DNA of 64,000 nt. It comes from Octopus sinensis. Lineage: Eukaryota. Below are positions 1 through 12,568 of this stretch, piece after piece. Position 1 is the stretch's first letter. Each line of letters starts with the position of its first letter. The stretch lies in contig NC_043016.1 in the NCBI RefSeq assembly GCF_006345805.1, positions 14,012,001-14,076,000 of the forward strand, in the 5' to 3' direction. Position numbers and translations under genes: made by a program. Under the pieces are notes generated by a model, which ran no database searches, was not told where the DNA came from, and saw only the letters and a list, made by a program, of their open reading frames with translations.

Positions 1-1298
1 CTATATGGCTGATGGTGCCCTTACATTTAATGATTCTGCAAAGAAAGAGGCTTGAAGATGCCATTATGAAAGACTGCTGAATGTGGAGAATGAATGGGAG
101 GAGGAGAGTCTGCCAAAGGTTGACCCAATTGAGGGACCAACTATCCGAATCAACAGTACCCAGGTAGATAAAGCAATTAAGGATATGAAGACAGGGAAGC
201 CCCTAGCCCATCAGGAATCACTACTAAGATGCTTAAAGTATCTGGCGGTGTGGGTTATGGTCTAGTCACCCATATTGTAAATCAGGTGGTTCATGAAGGA
301 GTTGTACCCAATTAGTGGTGTAGCAGCACCATAGTTAACTGCTACAAGGGTAAAGGTGATGCTTTAGATAGAAATAACTACAGGGATATCAAATTGTTGG
401 ATCAGGTGATGAAAGTTACAGAGAAAGTCATAACTCAACTAATTAGGGTGAGAGTTAGCCTAGATGAGATGCAGTTTGGCTTTATGCCAGGTAGAAGCAC
501 CACTGATTCTATATTTCTGGTAAGGCAACTGCAGGAGAAATACCTAACCAAAGATAAACCTCTGTACTTGGAGAAAGCTTTTGACAGAGTCCCCGATCCA
601 TTATCTGGTGGTCAATGTGGAAACTAGGGATAGAGGAGAGGCTGCTAAGAGCTGTACAAGCTCTGTACAAGGATACTGTCAGTAAGGTGAGGGCTGGCAA
701 CGAGTATAGTGAAGAATTCCGAGTATAAGTAGGGGTTCACCAAGGATCAGTCCTCAGCCCCCTCTTATTCATTATAGTTCTCCAGGCAATAAAAGGAATT
801 CAAGACAGGATGCCCCTGGGAGCTCTGCTATGCTGATGACATTGCTCTAATAGCCGAGTCACTGTCAGAATTGGAGACAAAGTTTAGGGTGTGGAAGCAA
901 GGTCTAGAATCGAAGGGCCTTAGTGTTAACTTAGCAAAAACCAAAGTCTTAGCAGGTAGGAAGGCTGCCAAATCATAATATCCTTCAGGGAGATGGCCTA
1001 CTCGATCTGTAGAAAAGGCATGGGTAGAAATTCCATACGATGCACCAAGTGTAAGCTATGGACACATAAGAGGTGCAGCAATATCAAAGGAAGGTTAACC
1101 AGGAAAATAGACTTTGTGTGTGGCAGATGCACAGGGCAATAAACACTGAAGATGTACAGAAAACAAATTCCATCACATACCAGGAGAAGAAACTAGAAGT
1201 AATTAATAGCTTCTGCTACCTAGGTGACCAAGTCTGTAGTAGGGGTGGTTGCTCTGAGAGTGTAGCAACTAGAGTAAGAATAACCTGGGCCAAGTTCA

Positions 1299-1306
<8 letters not shown>
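1..1306 (+). mobile_element. Decayed RTE-clade LINE, RT region
   Basis: ORF pieces LDEMQFGFMPGRSTTDSIF, LEKAFDRVP, HQGSVLSPLLF, YADD and FCYLGD with frameshifts and stops. Confidence 0.92.
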
Positions 1307-1924
<618 letters not shown>

Positions 1925-1957
1925 ATGTATGTATGTGTGTGTGTGTGTGTATTTATA

Positions 1958-3365
1958 TCATCATCATCATCGTCATTGTTTTATGTCTGCTTTCCATACT
2001 GGCATAGGTTGGACTGTTTGACTGGAAACTGGCAAGCCAGTTGGCTGCACCAGGCTCCAATCTGATCTAACAAGGTTTCTACAGCTGGATGCCATTCTCT
2101 GAGAGTGTAGTGGGCGCTTTTACATGCCACTGGCACAGCAGCCAGTCAGGTGGTACTGGCACTGGCCACACTTGAATAGTGCTTTTTACATGCCACCAGC
2201 ACATGTGCCAGTCCGGCAGCACTGGTATCAACCACAACTATGATTTCACTTACTTCAACAGGTCTTTACAAGCATTGGTGGTGGGGGGGGTGCTTTTAAA
2301 TGGGCCAGTTATGCAACACTGGCATTAGCCATGACTACGATCTCACTTGGCTTGCTGGATCTTCTTAAGCATGGCATTTCTCCAAAGGTCTTGGTCACTT
2401 GTCATTACTGCAATGAGGCCCAACGTTTGAAGGTCATGCTTCACCACCACATCCCATGTCTTCTTGGGTCTACCTCTTCCACTGTTAGGGTGTGTCACTT
2501 CTTCACACAGCTGTCCTCATCCATATGCATCACAGGACCACACCAACACAGTTGTCTCACTTGCACACTACATCTAATGCTTCTTATATCCAACTTTTCT
2601 CTCAGGACGTTTACACTGTTGTATATATGCAGTGACATTGCAGAGCATACAAGCATCATTTCTTTCAAGCCTATGCATGTCCTCAGTAATCACAGCCCAT
2701 GTCTCACTGCTGTGAAGTGTGGCTGTTCACACATGTATCATACAGTCTACCTTTCACCCTGAGCAAGAGGCCCTTTGTTACCAGCAGAGGTAGGAGCTCT
2801 CTGAACTTTGCCCAGCCTATTCTTATTCTACACTTTCAGAGCATCCACCCCTGCTACTGACTAGGTCCCCTAGGTAATGGAAGCTATCAACTATGTCTAG
2901 TTTTTCTCCCTGTAATGTGACGGAAGCTATTTTCTGCACATTTTCAGTGTTTATAGCACCCGAGCATCTGCTACATACAAAAGCTATCTTCCCAGTTAGC
3001 CTTCCTTTGATATTGCTGCACCTCTTATGTGTCCATAGCTTACACTTGGTGCATCTTATAAAATTTCTACCTACACCTTTTCTACAGATCGAGCAGGGCC
3101 ATCTACCTGAAGGGATTTGTGGTTTGTCTGCCTTCCTACTTATTAGGACTTTGGTTTTAGCTATGTTGACTCTAAGGCCCTTCGATTCTAGACCTTGCCT
3201 CCACACCTGAAACTTCTCCTCTAGTTCTGATAGTGACTCAGCAATTAGAGCAAGGTCATCAATATAGAGGAGCTTCCAGAGGCATTCTGTCTTGAATTCC
3301 TCCGTTATTGCCTGGAGGGCTATGATGAACAAGAAGGGGCCGAGGACTGAACCTTAGTGAACTCC
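1958..3365 (-). mobile_element. 5'-truncated RTE LINE with 3' UTR and (GAT)n tail
   Basis: ORF 2823..3332 (LLYIDDLAL...KTKVL...FHYLGD), C-terminal GRGRPKKTW-like region, and the same 3' UTR seen in the 37.5-39.3 kb copy. Confidence 0.92.
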
Positions 3366-4460
3366 TATCATCATCATCGTCATCATCATTCACTTTACAC
3401 AGTGTGCTAGGTGCTTTTTACATGCCACTAGCACAGATATGTTTATGCAGCACTGTTACCTGTAAAGGACTAGCTTATATGTATAGATGACAATGATTTT
3501 ACTTGGCTTGACACATTTTCTCAACTAAAGGAAATTGTCACAACTCTCAGTCCCTTCACATCTCCTTAGTGAACCCCATCATCTGAAGAGCCATCCTCAT
3601 TACTTTATTCACATTTTCATTTCCACAGGTTCCCTCCACATTTAGAACTCAGCATTTCTTTACACAGCTGTCCTCATCCATATGCATCACATGACCATAC
3701 CAGCGCAGTCTTCTCTTTTGCACACAACATCTGATGCCTCTTGTACCCAGTTTTCCTCTTAAATCACTTACACTCTTCTATTGTGTGTGCACACTAACAT
3801 TACTCATCCAGCGAAGTATCATCATCATCATTTAACATCTGTTTTCCATGTTGGCTTGGGTTGGAAGGTTTGGCTGGGGCTACACCAGGTTTCAATCTGA
3901 TTTGAAATGGTTTCTACAGCTGGATGCCCTTCCAATCACCAGCTACTCTAAGACTGTAGTGGGTGCTTTTTATGTTCCACTGGCATGGGTGCCATTGACG
4001 TGTCACTGGCATCGACCACTGCTATGATCTCACATCTTCACAAGCACAGTATATTGCCAAAGATTTCGGTCACCTGTCACTGCCTCCATGAGGTCCAACA
4101 CTCAAACGGTGCTTTTTATGTCACCAGCATGGGTGCCAGTCAGACAGCATGTTAGCTTCATTTCTTTCAAGCTTTCATAAGTCCTCTGTAGTCATAGCCC
4201 ATATTTCACTGCCATGTAGCATAGCTGTACCTACACAGGCATCATACACAGGGCTGGCTCAAGGTACCAGCAACTTGAGCAGTCGCCCAGGGTGCCATGT
4301 GCTAGGGGTCACCAAGACGGGCATGACAAAAACAAGGAAATTGCCATCACTGTCAGCTTATACATACTGAAATTCAACTTGCCTGGGGTGCAAGCAACGC
4401 ACGGGTCAGCCCTAATCATACAATTTGCCTTACACTCTGAGGAAGGGACCCTTAGTTTTT
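3366..4460 (-). mobile_element. Jumbled RTE 3' fragments
   Basis: Several CATCAT-tailed 3' UTR pieces and C-terminal ORF remnants similar to the other RTE copies. Confidence 0.75.
4249..4414. mobile_element. hAT-like MITE (166 bp) inserted in RTE
   Basis: Terminal CAGGGCTGGCTC ... GGGTCAGCCCTA, flanked by an 8-bp TSD ATCATACA (4241-4248 and 4415-4422). Confidence 0.8.
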
Positions 4461-4859
4461 ATCAAAGGTAGAAGTTCTCCAAGAAAATGGAGTGGATACA
4501 AAAATGACATACATCAGCTTGTAGACATTCTAGTATGTCCATTTATTCCAAAGTATTAGAGGAATACATACACATGCAATGACTATGTGTTACACACACA
4601 TGTACTAATATTACAGAAAAGAGCAAAAGATCAGATTGTCAGAAATATATGCACACACATACACACACACACACACACACACATGTATGAAACATGGTAG
4701 TTGGATGAAATAAAGCCACATGATAGAATTTAGAAACAACAGAAAATGAACTGAATGTTATGGGATTAAGCTTTGATTTTTTAAAGATATTTTAATTTAG
4801 AACATTCAATATGATGCATAGAGGACAGTAAAATACTTTTCAATCATCTGAAGTGCAAC

Positions 4860-5390
4860 ATCCCAGAAGTTGAAGGGCCAAGGAAACACAAAAAGAAAAG
4901 TAAGACAGGTTCTAATCTCAGAGACACCAAAATGAAATGGGGATACAAGAGCAACAAGAAGTAACAGTTCAGTTTGAAAGAACCAGGCAAGCCTATACGA
5001 GGGAACAAGAGGGACCAGAGCAGGAACGATGGAGATTGGAGTCTCAAGCTGATAAACAAACCTGCTTGAGGAAACACGAGACATCAGAGCAGAAACAATG
5101 GAGGCTGGAACCGCAAGCTGACAGAAAAGCCTGCTTAAGAGAACAGGTGTTAACAGAACAACTTGAAAACAATGCAGCCAAAGATACCTGCTCCAGAAAA
5201 AGGGAAATATCAGAACAATGACCAATCGGGTTGGAATTTAGAACTTTTTTCTTGTGAAAAGTGGCAACTAGCAGCCCTTAATTGCAATCTGACACACAGA
5301 CATTATGTTAGATGCCTTATGAATACATTTGAGTGCAATACAGACCGGGGCAAAGGCCAAGTGATCCCTAATATATATAGGTAAATTAAT
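4860..5390 (+). mobile_element. Helitron-like Rep N-terminal relic
   Basis: ORF 4937..5221 has repeated E(T)xEQxxWRLExQ units followed by LAALNCN...MNTFEC, resembling the ETxEQRxxRL repeats and AAFxY...MxxxC region upstream of Helitron Rep domains. Recognised by eye only. Confidence 0.5.
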
Positions 5391-5528
5391 TTAGAAATAT
5401 GTCTTCTTGTTATCATCTCAGCTTATTTATTTTCCCTTCTCTCCTAGTCTGAACTTAACCCTTTCCCTCACACCTACCTGACACTGACCATTTATCTAAA
5501 CCTACCCCACAAACAGCTATTCTGAACA

Positions 5529-5766
5529 CAGTGATCCCTCGCCATATTGCAGTTCACCTATTGTGGTTCACCCATCGCAATTTATTATTTAAGCGTATAT
5601 CAATTCCTCTGTGGTGTTGTTTTTGCATTTATAATAAAATTAATATATACAAATTATGAAAATAATTTTTAAAGATATACAGTACAGTACTGTTGCTTTT
5701 TTGTGGATTTTCACCTATCGTGGGGGATTTGGGAATGTAATACCTGCAATAGTCGAGGGATTTCTG
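5529..5766. mobile_element. Tc1/mariner (pogo/Tigger-like) MITE
   Basis: Imperfect TIRs CAGTGATCCCTCGCCATATTGCAG and reverse complement CAGAAATCCCTCGACTATTGCAG; TA at the right end. Confidence 0.6.
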
Positions 5767-7739
5767 TATATACATTCTCTTTTAGTACCCCGTTCCCAAT
5801 TCTTTAACTTTAAATTCTCTATCTCACATTACCCCCTCCTTCCCACCAATAGTTTGTCCAAACTGGTAACCCCCCAACCTACACCACTTCCATGTCCTAT
5901 TCCCTTCATTATTCCATATAGCATCCCTTGCCTCTACCCATATAAACATATGGTACTTCTTTATACATATCTTCCTCATGTTGTGGATCTTAACCAATCT
6001 ACCACATTTCATGCATGTTTACTTCTATATATATGCAACTCTTCAAATGCATTCATATTATTCCACTGAATCTCAATGGACTTTCCCTCCAAACACTGGG
6101 TAGACTGCCACTAAAATGTTGGTTGTAGACAACTTGAAGGAACTGCACGAATTATTCTTGAAACAGCTGTAAGGGAGAGTCTGCACAGCTTTTTCTTCTC
6201 TTTCAGTTTTAAAGTTCTTTTCCTGTAATCACCTTCTTTTACCTACTAGACTATAATATATCAATACTACAGACTTGCCTGATGCCCCTCCTTGGAATGT
6301 ACCTGTGTACGTCACAACTACTATAAACACCTCATAGTGGAACTTTTACTGATTTCCTGACATATATACTCCTTTGTGCAATTGTTTCTCTGTGTTCTAT
6401 GAATATAAGTATGTTACAAATCTGACCTGATGCCAGTTGTTTGCCTGTCTATCCTGTTATTCTATAATTAATGAGTCAGTCTGAACAGGAGGTTATCTAT
6501 GGCCAATTCTCATTTAGGCAACTACCATATCCCTATATTTATTGATGCATTTAAAGTCAGAGTTTAGGCATGAATATAACCTGAGCACTAATTGTATGTA
6601 CCAATTATGTATCCAGATTGCTAAGACTACACAAACACCACCAACTTGCTGTATCCATCAACAGGAAGAATGAACTATCTTATTGTTACCACCAGAGGTA
6701 CACTTCTTAATTAACTTCAAATCACTAGCAACTGTCAATCTAGATATACCACCCAAGGTCTGGCAGCCCCATATGCAAGGGCAGAGTATTTAATCCCTAC
6801 CACCCATATAGACTACAGCCCCACTCATGTAGTTCATTCTGCCTCAATTTTAACCTTATACCATCACATTTGGTTACTCCCATGAAAACACTGCTACTAC
6901 TAATGTGTTGACACTACACCAAACAATAACTGAGCTACCTACCCACAATACCATATCCCAACATGTAAGGTGCTATATACAATAACCTGGTGTCACTGAA
7001 TGCACTACACTGCAGCTGGAAATTTTCACCAATCTTAAAACTTGGTGTAAATGCAATGCCAATGTCCATAGCCAAATTGATTTTTAAAATATAAAGGGAA
7101 AAGAGAGGGACTTAGAAGATTATAATAATAGATAGTTTCCTTCTCCATAAGCTCCATCTACATTCAGAGATTGGCACTTCCTTATACATCTGTAGGAAAT
7201 AATAATGGCTGGGTGTACATTAGCGTCGTCTGTCGCTGTGACTGGAACAAGTTGAGTAGCTCTGTGGCCAGAGGTTAGCCCTTATTAGGACTGGAACCAA
7301 AGACCGTGATTGGTTGGCTTTGGCCAGTGGTGCGAAATAAGTAGAGACAAATTGCGCCACATGTCAACCAATCAGGTTAGTGGTTACAACAGGAACAACT
7401 CGGCCAAAGATGGCTGTAATCTCAAACGAGATCATCCTGCCATGTCTCTCAAACAGTGAGGATATCAGAGACCGCTACACTTCTGTCCTGATCCCTAGAC
7501 ATCACATGTCCATACCAATACAGCCTTCATTCTTGCACAATTTTCTCCTATGCCTGATTTTTCTCACAAAATGTCACCCATGCTCACTTTCATATCACAT
7601 CTATTTAGAGAATGGTAACAGTCTGTATCTCACTACCATGCAACCAAAAAGAAAGAGAAAGGAGAATAAATTCAAGTGTAATGTTATATTGTAAAACTGA
7701 TAGATCACCTTTCAGTTGGGTTATGCATTTTTAGAATTT

Positions 7740-7926
7740 TTACAAGGAATCGGTCGACAGTTACTTTGAAGTTTCAGCCACACACCTACCCTAGAATGTC
7801 GATCTAAAAACAAACAATCACATCACTGAAATTTCAAAGTGACAACATTATGCAAAATTAATATAAAACAAAGAGAATATATAAGTATTGCATTTGACAG
7901 AATAATCTGAAAGCTAAAGGGTTAAA
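7740..7926 (-). mobile_element. TTAA-flanked MITE, family 2 (partial)
   Basis: End reads TTAACCCTTTAGC on the minus strand; internal similarity to 61771-61996. Confidence 0.6.
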
Positions 7927-10749
7927 CAAACATATTTCACTCACATAAACAGAACCTTCATACACATTTGGTCAATAAATTTTTCTCAATTTCATTTTAG
8001 AAACCAAATGCCATGAAAACAATACCCAAAGTCAAAATTAAAATTTATTTAAAATATAAGATCTAAATAAGAGGACTTTTATTTTTATATTTTTTTGATA
8101 AATTTGGATATGTTGATGAGGATGGAAATTTACAAAATATAGCATGTTTTGTGTAATTTAAGACGAAGTGAGGCATTCATACATAAATAAAAACACTAAA
8201 TTGAGATAAGTGAAATTAACCTGTTTTCACCTACATGTAAATATTTAAGGAAAGTGTTGTTTGTTATTATTATTATTATTAGTAGCAGTGAATACTAATA
8301 ACTAATATGGAAACAGAAATAAAGAAACAGGAGTCAAAGTCGCAATTTTGATTACGGAAAAATTATTTTTGGTAGAAAATGTCACATTGCATTTAAATTT
8401 CGTAACTATTATAGCGAATGAACGAATATTTTAAGTAACATAACTGACATTACGATCCGTAAATGTTGACAGCAATTTATATAATTGCAATGAATTTACG
8501 GGAACAAAATCATGTTTTATTCAATATTATAGATAAAACATTGAAATAAAAAAAATAATAAGTTGTTTCTTGAAGTTTTCTGCAGCCTTTTATACAATTT
8601 GGTTTTCTGTGGCATTTTTTTTCCGGCAGTTATTTAATAAACTGAACGCAAAATAAAATAGGTCATCGTCACCTACAAATTACTGAAATGTAGAACTTAA
8701 CTATTTTCTGACATCTCTCTTTGCATGGAATTTATATATGTGCAAGAAAATGATAATACTAATACTAATAATAACAATAATAATAATAATTTGTTTTTAG
8801 GACCCCTCCCTCCAAGAAAAACACTACTGTTTGCCTTTACCTGTATATAAGAAAATTATAATAAACACACTGACAACTAGGTAAAACATTAGTGAGTATT
8901 TTCTAATTATCTAGAATTATCTTTTTGGCAGTCAATGTCTTACTTCACACAATAAATCATTTCCTTAGCAAAACAACATGAAATTATTTGGATGAAAAGG
9001 TATTTGATATTACAATATAAGTTTTCTAACTGCTTCTATGGTACCAGTAAATTGGCCTCACTGAAAACTGAAACAAGGTTGCAAGCTTGTCATACTAAAA
9101 GTTTATTACTTGCTATGGCAATGACATAAAACTACGAATATTTTGGAGCAAACAGTCAAGTTATATTGAATATAATACTTATGAAGACTAGCTACAAAAA
9201 TAATGGATTTTTTTTTTTACAACTAGAAACAGTAATTTCTCTTTTAAGCAAGAAATAATGACAAAGAGAAAAGCTACATCCTCATGGTGTCAGCTAATAT
9301 GAATGAAATTCTGAGAAAATAAAACCTTGCAAAAAATATTAGAAATTGGTAGTAAACGCCAGAGAAAATTAGTATAGGAATAACTAGAAGAATTTAGTAG
9401 TTAGTAGCAACTTTTGAGTATGATTTATGTATGGATAATAAACACTTATATCCTTCAAATTTTTAGACTTAAAAACTAAGATTCAAACGTAATTATAAAA
9501 TTTGTTTTATGTAAATGGAACAAAAATCACAATTATTTTAATACCAATATATAATGTGTATTATATATAAGGATTTTTTTCTGAGATTTCTTTACTAAGA
9601 ATTACAGGTGCAATTAAACAAAAAAAAATAGGATGTTAATTTATCTAGGTTTATTTACAAGTTTGCTCACATTAATTGTAGCCATAATAGGATGTTATAC
9701 ACACGCAAAGACTAGACCAACTTTATTCACTTCTTGAATGTCCTACACTATAATAAACTAAATATTCTTTTCCATTTACCTTCTTTGCAGGTACAAGCAG
9801 TTTCCTTGGTGGATTATATTTAGCTCTTCTTTTAGACAATACATTTTGTCTAAAATGCAATGTAATTCCATAAGATTACCCAATTGTTTCTTATCAAAAG
9901 AAACTGTCTAGTAGGTGGATTCTTGTGTCTTTTATTCAGAAAACAAATTAAAATTGGTAAAAGATGGCAGCACAGCTTGATAAAGACCATCAATATTTCT
10001 TTAACACAATATTTAAAAGGCCTGCTTTCAAAAAAATTAATCTCTGATTCTTATCACTTATGAAGCCTCTGCAGTACAGGTTGTGAAAAATTCTGCAGTA
10101 CATAAAAGAGTAGAAAAACGATATTAATTGCATTTCATGATATAACCATCATTTTGACAGAATCCTTATAATTTCTCTGCATTTAGTATCACAAAAGTCA
10201 CAAAACCTTTCCAATGATTGTGAAAGTGCAACACAATGCAATAATGGAAAAATGTGTCAATAGTTTAGAAAATATAATTGCAAAATTTGCACTTTCCAGA
10301 AGGTTAGTATTTGGTTGCCAGAGAATCAATAAGAGATGAAGTATTTACTGGCCCAAAATAGGGCCGTTTACTCCAACTAAAGGCAAACACATTTCAAAAA
10401 TTATTGCAACTACATTGTGATTTCACTCAGAGAAACATGTACCAATGACAAATTTAGTACCACCTATCTGACAGACTAACAGCTTATTAATTCAACGCTT
10501 TGCATGTTCTATCATTTCCCCAAAACCATATTTCAAATTCTGCAGAGCTCTAAAAACAAATGAAAATGAAATTAGCATTTGAGGGGAAACAAATCCTAAA
10601 AATAAAGGCTAAAAGAATGAGAAACTTTAAATATCCAAATTCTAAAATAACTTTCTGAAGAATGTTTAGTTCAGTGAGCATAGCTTTGGTAAAATGGAAA
10701 ACAAACTAGTTTATTTCTGGAAAATTTGTTTTAATATTGATTTCAAATA

Positions 10750-11185
10750 TTGGAACAAGGCCTGAAATTTTGGAGGAGGGGTAAGTCAATTACATCAACC
10801 CCAGTGGTCAGCTGGTACTTATCAACTGCAAAAGGATGAAAGGCAAAATTGACTTGAGAATGTAAAGACAGATTAAATACCTATTTCTATTTCTTTACTA
10901 CTCACAAGGGGCTAAACACAGAGAGGACAAACAAGGGCAGACAAATAGACTAAGTCGATTATATCAACTCCAGTGCGTAACTGGTACTTATTTAATCGAC
11001 CCCGAAAGGATGAAAGGCAAAGTCAACCTCGGCAGAATTTGAACTCAAAACATAGCGGGAGACGAAATACTGCTAAGCATTTCACCTGGCATGCTAACGT
11101 TTCTGCCAGCTCGCCGCCTTAGACAGATTAAATACCACTAACCATTTTGCCTGGTGTGCAAACAGTTCTTTCAGCTCATCACCTT
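10750..11185 (-). mobile_element. Older tRNA-derived SINE (family B-related) interrupted by a younger SINE
   Basis: Degenerate head GGTGATGAGCTGAAAG and central GATGAAAGGCAAA / AAGTACCAG domain on either side of the insertion. Confidence 0.75.
10882..11120 (-). mobile_element. Young full-length tRNA-derived SINE, family B
   Basis: Head GGCGGCGAGCTGGCAGAA, B-box-like GAGTTCAAATTC, tail CCCCTTGTGAGTAGTAAAGAAATA; 16-bp TSD AGACAGATTAAATACC (10866-10881 and 11121-11136). Confidence 0.9.
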
Positions 11186-11608
11186 AAATTTGTCAGAATA
11201 TTCAAAGAAGATCATAAAATGACTTGCATACTTTTTCAAAATATTTTGAATACCAAAAATAAGTTTGAAATACTGGGTGGAGATAAAAAAAGAAGAAAAG
11301 GAAAAAAAATCAAATTATAAGTATTAGTATTAGTTACAGTGACTGTGACTATGCAACCTAAAGTAGTTATTTCCCAAAAAGAAGGACATTGCAGTCTTTT
11401 TTGCCGAACCACCAAATCATAGGGACATAAACAAGCCTACACTGGTTGTCAAACACATACACAAACTCACACACACACACACATACATTTATATATATAT
11501 AAAATAGTAAATCCAAAAAATGAAGAATAAACACAAAAAAAAAACAACGACGGGAGGACGTGATACATGTAAAATATTAGCAAACGCTCAGGAAAGGAAA
11601 GAAAGGTG

Positions 11609-11644
11609 GTTTAATGTTTCGAGCAAATGCTCTTCTTCAGAAAC
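11609..11644 (-). ncRNA. Minimal type I hammerhead ribozyme-like motif (Penelope pLTR type)
   Basis: GUUU-CUGAAGA-A-GAGC(AUUU)GCUC-GAAA-CAUU-AAAC: stems I and II and both core boxes present; ACAU in place of the palindromic ACGU. Confidence 0.7.
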
Positions 11645-11725
11645 AGAAGATAGAGGAAAGTCCAACAGAAAAAGATGGAGGAAAAATAATCGCCAACGAT
11701 TCACATGTGGTTACATGTATATATG

Positions 11726-11926
11726 AGGGCGGTGAGCTGGCAGAATCATTAGCACACTGGGCAAAATGCTTAGCAGTATTTCGTCAGCCGTTACATTCTG
11801 AGTTCAAATTCCACTGAGGTTGATTTTGTTTTTCATCCTTTTGGTGTCAATTAAATAAGTACCAATTAATCCCTTTGTCTGCCCTTGTTTGTCCCCTCTA
11901 TGTTTAGCCCCTTGTGGGCAATAAAG
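11726..11926 (+). mobile_element. tRNA-derived SINE, family B
   Basis: GGCGGTGAGCTGGCAGAATC head, GAGTTCAAATTCC, tail GCCCCTTGTGGGCAATAAAG running into (TA)n. Confidence 0.88.
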
Positions 11927-11958
<32 letters not shown>

Positions 11959-12001
11959 GTGTGTGTGTGAGTACGTGTCAAAGTTAGATAAGGCTAGTTT
12001 A

Positions 12002-12064
12002 TGGGATAACATTAGGTTTTACTTCCATAAAGGGCTTAGCTTTATGGTGTATCATCAGATCCCA
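12002..12064 (-). ncRNA. Type I hammerhead ribozyme-like motif, G12 missing
   Basis: UGGGAU-CUGAUGA-UACACCAUAAAG(CUAAGCC)CUUUAUGGAAGUA-AAA-C(CUAAU)G-UU-AUCCCA: perfect 6-bp stem I, 8-bp stem II segment, GUU cleavage triplet. Confidence 0.7.
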
Positions 12065-12192
12065 AAACCTGTTGGCTTAAGACCTCTCTAGGATATGGAG
12101 GCGGAAAGGACTCACACAAATAATATAAATATATAAAATTAGAAGTATTGTATTTCTAAATCTCTCAGAGAGACTTATACAGTAGCAGCACG

Positions 12193-12568
12193 ATAAAGTG
12201 ATGGTTTGTTGCCAACTTAATGTGGCAGTCCCAGGAAAGGGAAGAATGCCACTGCTGTTTAGCCCCAGGAAACACCGTTTCCAGTTGGCTATGTAACACA
12301 AGTGTTCTGTGTCCTTAAGTTTTCAAGCAGGGGAGATAAGCACCTCCACCCAGCAACCAGAGACTAGTTTCAGAGTCATTGCTCTTCATCCATCTGGAGT
12401 AGCTAGGCTTGCTAGCTGTCGATGCTTATTCACCTTTGGAAACTTAAGGACACAGAACACTTGTGTCACATAGCCAAATGGAAACGGTGTTTCCTGGGGC
12501 TAAATAACAGTAGCATTCTTCCCTTTCATGGGACTTCCACATTAAGTTGCAACAAACCATCACTTTAT
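12193..12568. repeat. Fold-back palindrome with about 130-bp arms
   Basis: 12193-12322 is the near-exact reverse complement of 12438-12568; a hammerhead-like motif lies in the spacer. Confidence 0.92.
12357..12397 (-). ncRNA. Minimal hammerhead ribozyme-like motif with mutated core
   Basis: CCAGA-UGGAUGA-AGAG(CAAUGA)CUCU-GAAA-CUAG-UC-UCUGG: perfect stems I and II, palindromic ACUAGU, GUC triplet; CU changed to UG at core positions 3-4. Confidence 0.65.

Noticed and set aside
5830-7100. Possible Penelope RT/GIY-YIG remnant
   Set aside because: Only a weak VLYTITWC resemblance; no diagnostic motif could be read.
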